DNA of 64,000 nucleotides, taken from NCBI GenBank assembly GCA_017441505.1, contig JAFRXL010000057.1, forward strand, positions 16,966 through 80,965, in the 5' to 3' direction. The notes beneath the pieces are model-generated. The model searched no databases. It was not told the DNA's origin and saw only the letters and a list, made by a program, of their open reading frames with translations. The position numbers and the translations under genes were made by a program. Numbering within the stretch: position 1 is the first letter of the stretch; each line of letters begins with the position of its first letter. Source of the stretch: Ruminococcus sp. (GTDB taxonomy: Bacteria; Bacillota; Clostridia; Oscillospirales; Ruminococcaceae). This document shows positions 49,570-57,998 of this stretch, piece after piece.

Positions 49570-50412
49570 TCACTTTACCTCCTTCTTGAACAGATTGCAG
49601 GTGTCTTCATGAGCTTTACGCTCGAACGGTTTATACATTGCACCTCTTGCCATAGCCTCATCGAAATCGATAAGGTGACCGTCGAATTCAGGTCCGTCAA
49701 CGCAGGCAAACTTTGTCTGACCGCCGACTGTAAGACGGCATCCGCCGCACATTCCTGTACCGTCGATCATTATTGGGTTCATAGAAGCAACTGTAGGTAT
49801 TTCATACTCTTTTGTGAGACGACAGACGAACTTCATCATGATAAGCGGACCGATAGTGATAACACGGTCATATTTTTCTCCGCTCTCGATGAGCTTTTTA
49901 AGAGCGTCTGTAACAAGACCCTTTTCGCCGGCTGTTCCGTCATCAGACATAAGCACGAACTTAGAGCTTGCTGCCTTGAATTCATCTTCAAGAATAACGA
50001 GGTCTTTATTTCTGAAACCGACAATTGAGTGTACCTCAACGCCGAGCTCGTGGAGCTTCTTAGCTACAGGATAAGCGATAGCACATCCCACGCCGCCGCC
50101 TACAACAGCGACTTTTTTAAGTCCCTCAGTTTCAGTAGCTCTGCCGAGAGGACCTACGAAGTCCTGTAAGCAGTCGCCCTCATTGAGGTGATTGAGTTTT
50201 TCTGTAGTAGCACCTACTATCTGGAAGATGATAGTAATTGTGCCTGCTTCACGGTCGAAATCAGCTATAGTAAGCGGGATACGCTCACCGTCAGCATCAG
50301 TTCTGAGGATAATGAACTGACCCGGTTCAGCCTTTTTAGCTACCTTCGGAGCGGCGATCTTCATCAGAGTTACAGTAGGGTTAAGACTTTTCTTTTCGAG
50401 TATTTCAAACAT
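49570..50412 (-). CDS. nfnA: Nfn small subunit (NfnA/SudB, PyrK-like)
   Basis: PGQFII, GERIPLTIAD, GPLG, GGGVG, DGTGMCGGCR...CVDGPEF. Confidence 0.88.
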   Translation of the reverse strand: MFEILEKKSLNPTVTLMKIAAPKVAKKAEPGQFIILRTDADGERIPLTIADFDREAGTITIIFQIVGATTEKLNHLNEGDCLQDFVGPLGRATETEGLKKVAVVGGGVGCAIAYPVAKKLHELGVEVHSIVGFRNKDLVILEDEFKAASSKFVLMSDDGTAGEKGLVTDALKKLIESGEKYDRVITIGPLIMMKFVCRLTKEYEIPTVASMNPIMIDGTGMCGGCRLTVGGQTKFACVDGPEFDGHLIDFDEAMARGAMYKPFERKAHEDTCNLFKKEVK

Positions 50413-50741
50413 TGCCCATACCTTCCTTGCAATAGATTTGCAGTAAACCGCAGGTCGTCGCCCTTGACGAAAAACGGCACGTATACTGCTATGATATATT
50501 AATTATTATATCATATAAGCTTTTGTTGCACAAATATAACACCGGAATATCGATATTCCAGTATCGATATTGTAACACCGGAATGTGTCTGATGAATCAA
50601 TAAAATAACGCTCATATCAAGCAACCATTTTGAACAGTAATGTAAATAATAAAAGACAGGCGGAGTTCACCGCCTGTCTTTAAGGTGCATACAACGCACT
50701 CTTGTATTCTGTTTCGGAATACTTCTATTCCTTTTTTGATA

Positions 50742-51692
50742 TTACTTGTATTCGGCAAAAGCAGCTTCGTTACGCACTTCATAAAGCTTATTCACCAATT
50801 GCAGCTCCTTATCAGAGAGCTTATGACCATTGGTATAAACAAGCATATCCTTGAAGCTGTTGTCCGGAAAAGAACATTTTCTCTGCACAAGACCGTATTT
50901 TCCGCAAAGGCTCTCCGGCACAGGGGAATCGAGCATAAATGCCTGAGGTACGGTAAGAAGGAAGTCCAGCGAGCTTCCACGGTCGTACATACAGACCCTT
51001 TTAACAGGTACATCTGCCGGACGATTCTCAGCAAAGAGCTTCTCAACTGCTCCGGAAACGTAAGGCACAGCATCGTCGCCCTGACAAAGCTCGATATACT
51101 GGGATGAAAGGTCGGAATATCTTATCTCCTCATCGTCTGCAACAGGATGTTCGGCGGACATTACTGCGAGCATTTCGTACTCCCAGAGCAGCTTGCCGTC
51201 GAGATTTTTTTCAGCAAGGAAATCCGAGAAATACTTCTCGTGTGCGGTATTATAGCGGATTATTCCGAAATCATATCCGTTCTCACGGACGTTCTCTATT
51301 GAACGAAGAGAGTTTGTCTCGCAGAAATAAAGCTCCATATCATCAGCAGAGTCCATAGTAGAGATATACTCTGAAAAAGCCTTGGAAATATAGCCGGCAC
51401 GAGGCACAGATATACGAAGCTTACGATTCTGATTCTTATCCGGAGCGTGGATAGCCTCCATATTATCTATCTGCATAAGTATCTGCTTGGCATATCCGAG
51501 AAATTTAATGCCCTGATCTGTCGGGATAACTCCCTTTGATGTACGGCGAAAAATTGTTATACCAAGAGTATTTTCAAGCTCTTTTATCGCCTTGCTCAGA
51601 TTGGGCTGAGCCATGTATAGATTCTCAGCAGCCTGCGTTATGGAGCGAGTTTTTTCTATCTCCACAGCATATTTAAAGTGTAGGGTGTTCAT
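50742..51692 (-). CDS. LysR-family transcriptional regulator
   Basis: SIT.AAENLY.AQP.LS.AIKELE..LG..IF.R...G helix-turn-helix. Confidence 0.92.
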   Translation of the reverse strand: MNTLHFKYAVEIEKTRSITQAAENLYMAQPNLSKAIKELENTLGITIFRRTSKGVIPTDQGIKFLGYAKQILMQIDNMEAIHAPDKNQNRKLRISVPRAGYISKAFSEYISTMDSADDMELYFCETNSLRSIENVRENGYDFGIIRYNTAHEKYFSDFLAEKNLDGKLLWEYEMLAVMSAEHPVADDEEIRYSDLSSQYIELCQGDDAVPYVSGAVEKLFAENRPADVPVKRVCMYDRGSSLDFLLTVPQAFMLDSPVPESLCGKYGLVQRKCSFPDNSFKDMLVYTNGHKLSDKELQLVNKLYEVRNEAAFAEYK

Positions 51693-51713
51693 GGCTTAGT
51701 CCTCCTTGTATGA

Positions 51714-52472
51714 TTATTTCTTCTTCACTTCTTCAAGTCTTATCTCACGTCTTTTTGGTGCTGAAGCGTTATTTTTTACTGGTTCAGGTCTGTGAAGTCT
51801 TACAGGTCTGCTCTGAGGAGCTCTATCCTCTGCTTTTACCTCAGTTTTCGGTTCTTCTTTAGCTGCTTCACTTGCAGCAGCTTCCTCATTTGCCTGAGGC
51901 TGCACAGCTGTTTCGCCGTCCTCTATTCTGCGGATAGGCTTGCAGGGATTTCCTGCTGCCACGTATCCGGAAGGGATGTCTTTTGTCACCACGCTTCCGC
52001 CGCCGATAACAACGTTATCACCGATAGTTACTCCCGGCATAACACAGACGTTTCCGCCTATCCAGACATTGCTTCCGACTTTTATCGGCTTTGCAAATTC
52101 AAGTCCCTGATTGCGGGTAGGGTAGTCAAGAGGGTGACCGGCGGTATAGAATCCGCAGTTTGGTCCGATAAATACGTTATCTCCGAAAATCACCTCTGCA
52201 CAGTCAAGTATCACAAGGTTGTGGTTGGAGTAGAAATTATCTCCCATTACAATGTTGTAGCCGTAGTCGCAGAAGAAATTAGCTTCTATCCACGTATTCT
52301 CGCCATGAAAAGCGATAAGTCGGTCGAGAAGTCTGTCTCTTTTCTGGAAATCGTTGTAAGGAACTGCATTGTACTCTGCACAGAGCTTCTTTGCGGCTAT
52401 TCGCTCAGCAAAAAGCTCACGGTCGCTGCCGTTATACAGTTCACCTGCCTGCTGTTTTTCTTTTTCGGTCAT
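51714..52472 (-). CDS. Maltose/galactoside O-acetyltransferase with charged C-terminal extension
   Basis: MTEKEK..AG.LY, CDYGYNI, hexapeptide repeats, VWIGG, AAGNPC. Confidence 0.9.
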   Translation of the reverse strand: MTEKEKQQAGELYNGSDRELFAERIAAKKLCAEYNAVPYNDFQKRDRLLDRLIAFHGENTWIEANFFCDYGYNIVMGDNFYSNHNLVILDCAEVIFGDNVFIGPNCGFYTAGHPLDYPTRNQGLEFAKPIKVGSNVWIGGNVCVMPGVTIGDNVVIGGGSVVTKDIPSGYVAAGNPCKPIRRIEDGETAVQPQANEEAAASEAAKEEPKTEVKAEDRAPQSRPVRLHRPEPVKNNASAPKRREIRLEEVKKK

Positions 52473-52499
52473 ATCAAACCCTCCTTATATATATGTTAT

Positions 52500-52967
52500 T
52501 TATTCAGCGAAAAGAAGTGAAAAAGCTATCCACATTACAATAGCATACACTAAGGTCTCTCGTATTTTTTTACCTAAAGTATATTTTACTTCTTCATGTG
52601 TTTCCGAATTATAACTTGGAGCAATTCCCAGCCAGAGTTTAAGGAGACCAGAAGCAATGAGAACTCCAAGAAAACCAAAGAATAGATTTCTGAATATATT
52701 TATACGTGCTAATAACAAGCTTACACCCATTCCAATAGCAGCTACGACACTTACCTTCGATGATATTATATCAAATATGTTTTTTGGTTTTTCGTCCGGT
52801 AAAGGTTCTTCACCATTGTTTCTGCGTCTTTCGTCTACGAGCATCTCCTTAGTAACAGTGATAGGTGCATCGACATCTTCACCTTTATATGCTCTTTCAG
52901 CTTTTATTCTTTTATAGATAGATTCAAGCTCTTCGTTATAATCTTCATCGTCCCAATCATCGCACAT
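52500..52967 (-). CDS. Hypothetical membrane protein (AT-rich)
   Basis: AAAGGAG RBS; acidic N-terminus and 3 hydrophobic segments. Confidence 0.65.
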   Translation of the reverse strand: MCDDWDDEDYNEELESIYKRIKAERAYKGEDVDAPITVTKEMLVDERRRNNGEEPLPDEKPKNIFDIISSKVSVVAAIGMGVSLLLARINIFRNLFFGFLGVLIASGLLKLWLGIAPSYNSETHEEVKYTLGKKIRETLVYAIVMWIAFSLLFAE

Positions 52968-53008
52968 ATCATTTACTCCTTTACCCCAAAATATACTTCC
53001 TTATTCGC

Positions 53009-54190
53009 TCAGGACTTGCTTCCCTTAGCCCCGAAGCTTCCGCCCATTGAGAGGATATTAGTCTCGAATGTATAGCTTATCTTCTCGCCCTGTCTGTAGC
53101 GTTTGAGAGCGAGCTGTATCATACGTTCAAGAAGCTCTGCGTACTTCACTCCCTTAGGCTCCCAGAGGTAGAATGCGAGTGAGCCGGGGATAGTATTTAT
53201 CTCATTTATGTATATCTTATCTGTAGCCTTATCGAGCATGAAGTCGATACGTGTAACGCCGTTGCATCCGAGGTAGCGGAAAGCATCAACAGCAGTCTTT
53301 CTTACGAACTCCTCCTGTTCCTTGGTAATATCAGCAGGTATCTTTCTTTTCAGAGTAGCCATGCCCTTGCTTCCGCCGGACTTGCCTCCGCCAACGTACT
53401 TATCCTTGTAGCTGAGTATCTCGTCCTGCTGAACAGGCTCTTCGCATACAGAAGCCTCTGCGGACTCGCTGTCTCCGACAACTGAGCAGTTTATCTCTTT
53501 GAGCTGTACAACAGCAGGCTCAACGAGGATGCGGTCAGCGAACTCGAAAGCCTCCTCAATGGACTTTATAAGACCGTCTCGGTCGCTTGCCTTTGAGATA
53601 CCAACGCTTGAACCGAGGTTTATCGGCTTAACTATAACAGGATACGGGAATTTAGCCTCTACCTGAGAGATCATATCGTCCATTTTATCGAGGTCGAAGG
53701 ACGCAAAACGACAGCAGTCAAGCACCGGAAAACCTGCGTCTTTAAGGAGTATCTTCATTACGAATTTATCCATACCAACAGCAGAAGCAAGTACATCACA
53801 TCCTACGTATGGTATATCAAGAGTCTGTAAATAGCCCTGAAGAGCACCGTCCTCAACGTTTGTTCCGTGAACTATAGGGAATGCAACATCAACATCCGAG
53901 ATAAGGTTTGAACCGAATTTCTTCATCTTCTGACGAATAAGCTGTACCTTGCCCTCACTTCTTACGAATACACACTCTGTACACTCTTTGAGAAGTGCAG
54001 GGATGTCCTTGAAGCTGTTTATATCGAACAGCTTTTCACCTGTGAAGAATTCGTTTCCTTTAGTCATATAAACAGGGATGATATTGTATTTTTCCTTGTT
54101 CATGCTTGCCATAGCCTGAACAGCTGAGATAACTGATACTTCATGCTCAACGCTTTTACCGCCGAAAAGCACTGCAAGATTGATCTTCAT
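53009..54190 (-). CDS. ddl: D-alanine--D-alanine ligase family protein
   Basis: FGG.S.EHEVS, HG...EDG.LQG, MDK, KP..LGSS.G, RIDF, NEINTIPG. Confidence 0.9.
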   Translation of the reverse strand: MKINLAVLFGGKSVEHEVSVISAVQAMASMNKEKYNIIPVYMTKGNEFFTGEKLFDINSFKDIPALLKECTECVFVRSEGKVQLIRQKMKKFGSNLISDVDVAFPIVHGTNVEDGALQGYLQTLDIPYVGCDVLASAVGMDKFVMKILLKDAGFPVLDCCRFASFDLDKMDDMISQVEAKFPYPVIVKPINLGSSVGISKASDRDGLIKSIEEAFEFADRILVEPAVVQLKEINCSVVGDSESAEASVCEEPVQQDEILSYKDKYVGGGKSGGSKGMATLKRKIPADITKEQEEFVRKTAVDAFRYLGCNGVTRIDFMLDKATDKIYINEINTIPGSLAFYLWEPKGVKYAELLERMIQLALKRYRQGEKISYTFETNILSMGGSFGAKGSKS

Positions 54191-54257
54191 AATGAATTTG
54201 CTCCTTTAAAATATATTTTATATGTAAATGCAGGGCACTTAGTGCCCTGAAGTCCTA

Positions 54258-55952
54258 TCAATAATTATCAGGAAGGTCGTTTTCGAGAAGTACTATCTTC
54301 TTCTTTGAAGTCTGATATGCCTGAACTTTAGCAAGAGCCTCGTTCAGAGAATCCGCAACGAATACCTGCTCCATATTATAGCCTGCGTCCTTGATACCAT
54401 TATATATAGGCACAGTCTGATTTTTGCCAACGAGCACGATGTAATCGCAGGCTTTTGCAGCCTCCTGACCAAACTCATAGTTCAGCTCTTCCTGCTTTGC
54501 TCCAAGCTCTACCATTCCGGGAGTTACCAGTATACGGCAGGCATCGAAAAGTCCGAGGACGTTGAGTGCCGCACGGCATCCGTTAGGGTTGGAGTTGTAT
54601 GCATCGTCGATATAAGTCATATTTCCGCCCTTATCGAGAAGCTGAAGTCTGTGAGGTACAGCAGCTATTCTCTTTACAGGAAGTGAGAGTTTTTCAAGAG
54701 CAATGCCAAGTCCGTGACAGTATGCGATAGCTCCGAGCACATTCTGTACATTGTGCTCGCCAAGAAGCTTCATACTATAGCGGAAGCTTTCACCATTCGG
54801 AGTTGTTACTGTAAATTCAGTACCTCTGTCGGATACGCTTATGTCTGATGCACGATAGTCGTTGCCCTCCTGCAAGCCGTAGAGTACAGCATTTTTGTAC
54901 TCCGGAGCTTTCTTGCGGATAAGCTCGTTGTCGCCGTTGAGGTATATCTTTCCGCCGGCAGCCTGAACGCTGTCTGCAAGCTCAAATTTTGTGTTGAGTA
55001 CATTATCGATAGAGCCGAAAGTCTCAAGATGCTGAGGACCTACGGAAGTTATGATACCGTCGTGCGGATGAGCTATATCGCAGAGCTCCTTTATCTCGTG
55101 AACTCTTCTTGCTCCCATTTCGCAGATGAAGTATTCATGAGTAGGTCTGAGGTCACGGCGGACTGTTATGGTAACTCCCATAGGAGTGTTGAAGCTCTCA
55201 GGAGTTTTAAGTGTCTCATACTGTGAGCCGAGAAGCTCGCTGAGGTAAAATTTCATACTCGTCTTGCCGTAGCTTCCTGTGATACCAATTTTATGAAGGT
55301 CGGGCATCTCGCTGAGTATCCTTTTAGCGTCATTGATGTACCAGTTCTGCACTGACTTTTCAATAGGCTTGTTGATGATGTTTGAAAGCGGTACAAGTAT
55401 CGGAGTGAGATAAAGTCCGAGATTAACTATAATGAACGGCATATTCGACCAGAATCTGAGCTGTTTTTCAGCATCGCCGTTTGTTTTGATAACATGGACT
55501 GTTCCTGCTGAGAAGAAAGCTCCCACAAAAATGAGTATGATGAGTATGCTGAATGTTATCATCATACGCTTCATTCTTGCGGTATAAACCAGCGGCTTTT
55601 TGAACTTCTTGCCAGGTTTATTGGCGATAATAAGTCCGATATTCACCAGTGTCATCACTATAAGGCATATGAGGGTGACCGTACCCACGCTTGAATAATA
55701 AGCCGGATCGTCTAAAAACTGCTTGCCAACAGGGTCGCTGGTATGTCTTACAGGGTAAAGAAAAGACACAAACACTGTCAGCAGAAGCATGAGTATATTG
55801 GGAATATAGCGTTTTTTGTTCTTTTTCATCCACCATGAATGCTCCGGAGTTTTATATCCGTTCAGCTGTAACATATGGAATTCTCTTAGTCCGCAGAAGA
55901 TCACCGCTGCAAGTGCAACGGCTGAGTAAATGCAGAATGTTGCGATATTCAT
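54258..55952 (-). CDS. murF: MurF-type Mur ligase with N-terminal multi-TM extension
   Basis: GITGS.GKTS.K, EMGA, HLETF, LNGD, DDAYNSNP, TPGM.ELG. Confidence 0.85.
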   Translation of the reverse strand: MNIATFCIYSAVALAAVIFCGLREFHMLQLNGYKTPEHSWWMKKNKKRYIPNILMLLLTVFVSFLYPVRHTSDPVGKQFLDDPAYYSSVGTVTLICLIVMTLVNIGLIIANKPGKKFKKPLVYTARMKRMMITFSILIILIFVGAFFSAGTVHVIKTNGDAEKQLRFWSNMPFIIVNLGLYLTPILVPLSNIINKPIEKSVQNWYINDAKRILSEMPDLHKIGITGSYGKTSMKFYLSELLGSQYETLKTPESFNTPMGVTITVRRDLRPTHEYFICEMGARRVHEIKELCDIAHPHDGIITSVGPQHLETFGSIDNVLNTKFELADSVQAAGGKIYLNGDNELIRKKAPEYKNAVLYGLQEGNDYRASDISVSDRGTEFTVTTPNGESFRYSMKLLGEHNVQNVLGAIAYCHGLGIALEKLSLPVKRIAAVPHRLQLLDKGGNMTYIDDAYNSNPNGCRAALNVLGLFDACRILVTPGMVELGAKQEELNYEFGQEAAKACDYIVLVGKNQTVPIYNGIKDAGYNMEQVFVADSLNEALAKVQAYQTSKKKIVLLENDLPDNY

Positions 55953-55979
55953 TAATTATCTCCTTATATTAATGTATGA

Positions 55980-56753
55980 TTATTCGTCTATCTTCATGAA
56001 AGAGCACATTACTCTGTTGAATATGAACTGCTGTTCAAGGAAGGAGTAATGTCCGGCATTTTCGAGCTTTACAAGTCCTGCATCCGGTATGAGCTTCTCC
56101 ATTTTTTCGCCGTCAGAAAGGGGAGTTGCAGTATCGTTCACGCCCCATACAAGAAGTGTGGGACATTTTATATTCGGCAGATAAGGTTCAAGGTCTTCGT
56201 TTACTACCTTTACCATTACCTGTCTCATCATAGGCGATGCAGCAGCATAGTCCGCACTTCCCATTTTCTTGCGGAAATTCTCCAGTGCGTCCGGAGCTAA
56301 TTTCTGCATGAGTTTTGTTGAAAGAAATGCCTTGCCGAGCTTGTAATAGCGTGTTCTCCAGCTTTTTTTGTTCGACTTAGGAGGCATTATTCCCGCACTG
56401 TCCACAAGTATTACCTTTGTCACCTTGAACGGAAGTTCACTCAGACTATGCATTTTTATAATTACTCTTCCGCCGAACGAGTGTCCGAGAAGCATTACTT
56501 CTTTGGTGTCGTATTCTTTTATAAAGTCTATGACGAACTGTACATAGTCACCTACGTCCCACGCAGTTTTCGGCTCTTCGCTCTCACCGAATCCCGGCAT
56601 ATCCATTGCAACTACCTTGTACTTCTTCGAGAGCAGGTCTATCATATTCGCAAAAAGCTTGATATTGCTCCCCCACCCGTGAAGCAGCACTATAAGGTCG
56701 CCCTCGCCTTTCTCCTCGTAGTTTATTTTTAATCCGTTTATCGTTTTGTTCAA
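55980..56753 (-). CDS. Alpha/beta hydrolase (esterase-like)
   Basis: LLHGWG, DMPGFG.S, GHSFGG, WG..D..TP, AGH; GGAG RBS suggests TTG start 56753. Confidence 0.88.
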   Translation of the reverse strand: MNKTINGLKINYEEKGEGDLIVLLHGWGSNIKLFANMIDLLSKKYKVVAMDMPGFGESEEPKTAWDVGDYVQFVIDFIKEYDTKEVMLLGHSFGGRVIIKMHSLSELPFKVTKVILVDSAGIMPPKSNKKSWRTRYYKLGKAFLSTKLMQKLAPDALENFRKKMGSADYAAASPMMRQVMVKVVNEDLEPYLPNIKCPTLLVWGVNDTATPLSDGEKMEKLIPDAGLVKLENAGHYSFLEQQFIFNRVMCSFMKIDE

Positions 56754-56913
56754 TTTAATTATCTCCATATCTGTATTTGTTGTCATGTACAAATGCACAT
56801 ACACATTTCATTATATCATGGTGACTTAACATTGTCAATTGTTCAAACAGAAAAATATAGCCTGTCTGCCCGGCAAGTCCTTGTTATATTTGCAAATTTC
56901 AGCAAAAAACTCC

Positions 56914-57187
56914 ATGCCTTTTTGATTCAGGCTCGGTGAGAAAAGATATTATCGAGGGAAAAACTTTTGAAAAAAGGAGCTCATCAAACTTCCGGCTTCA
57001 TTTTTTCCCAGATAGGATACTCAAAAAACAAAAAACTCCCACAGTAAATATACTACGGGAGTACCCTATCTGGGAAAAAATCATTCTGAAAGTCTTTGGA
57101 AAGGGGCTCGGGGAAGAACCTTTCTTCAGAAAGGTTTGCCCCGATAAAATGCACCTTCTCCCACCGAGCCTGAATACAAAAAAGCAT
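56914..57187. repeat. Nested ~274-bp palindromic element (MITE/REP-like)
   Basis: Outer arms ...ATTCAGGCTCGGTGAGAAAAG / CTTCTCCCACCGAGCCTGAAT...; inner 22-bp arms 57001-57022 and 57059-57080 (21/22 complementary); GGGGAAGAACCTTTCT-tc-AGAAAGGTTTGCCCC hairpin. Confidence 0.7.
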
Positions 57188-57954
57188 TAAAACTCGGCTC
57201 TGAACATGACTACAGATATATTATCCTTTTCTTTTCTTATTTTCACCAATTCTATGAGCTTACGCATTTTAGCCATCATAGTAATGCGGTTTGACGCTAT
57301 ATCAGGAGCAAGGTCCTCATAAATATCATCATCGGTGAGGACGTGGCGGAAGCCGTCGGAACAGATCATATAGTTCGTACCGCTTTCGATATTTCCGAAT
57401 CTTATATCCGGATTCACGTCGCCCTGAACGCCTATACACTGAGTAAGGGCATTTCTTCTGGGGTCTTTTTTGGCTTGTGCCGGAGTCATATTCCCACGTT
57501 TTACCTCACGGTTTACGAAAGTATGGTCATCGGTGAGCTGAACAAGTCTGTATGACATCTTATACATACGGGTATCACCTATATGAAAAGTCATCATCTG
57601 ATTGTTGACAGCTATGAGACCGGTCGCAGTAGTTCCAAGCTGGATATTATTCCTTTTACCATAATTTATCAGCTTAGTGTTCAGCTTTTTGATACGCTCC
57701 CTTACTGCTTTTCCGGCTTTTTCCCAGTTCCAGAATTCAATCTCACGAGGAAAATCCTTTTCAAACCAATCCGAAAAGCTTTTGGTCACAACAGCACTTG
57801 CGAACTCACCTCTTGAAAGTCCACCCATACCGTCGCACACCATTGCCAATGCAGCTTTTCCATGTTCAAAATTGGCAGTTTTTATGCACACACTATCCTG
57901 ATTTATATTTCTTGCTATACCGACATCGGTATCGGCAGCTACGATATATTCCAT
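57187..57954 (-). CDS. PP2C-family Ser/Thr protein phosphatase
   Basis: TD.G..R..NQD, VCDGMGG, H.GD.R, T.DH, CSDG, DNIS. Confidence 0.92.
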   Translation of the reverse strand: MEYIVAADTDVGIARNINQDSVCIKTANFEHGKAALAMVCDGMGGLSRGEFASAVVTKSFSDWFEKDFPREIEFWNWEKAGKAVRERIKKLNTKLINYGKRNNIQLGTTATGLIAVNNQMMTFHIGDTRMYKMSYRLVQLTDDHTFVNREVKRGNMTPAQAKKDPRRNALTQCIGVQGDVNPDIRFGNIESGTNYMICSDGFRHVLTDDDIYEDLAPDIASNRITMMAKMRKLIELVKIRKEKDNISVVMFRAEF

Positions 57955-57998
57955 ATTTCCCCCCTTGCGGGTAAAATGAACCGTATTATTCAGTTCTT

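Noticed and set aside
50522-50542. Rex operator upstream of nfnA
   Set aside because: TGTT-N10-AACA spacing does not fit the 18-bp TTGT(G/T)AA-N4-TT(C/A)ACAA consensus
51792-52520. 242-aa antisense ORF over the acetyltransferase
   Set aside because: Shadow ORF with no motifs; the minus-strand gene is clearly the real one
56936-57190. 84-aa ORF
   Set aside because: Lies wholly inside the palindromic element; no RBS; composition reflects the repeat
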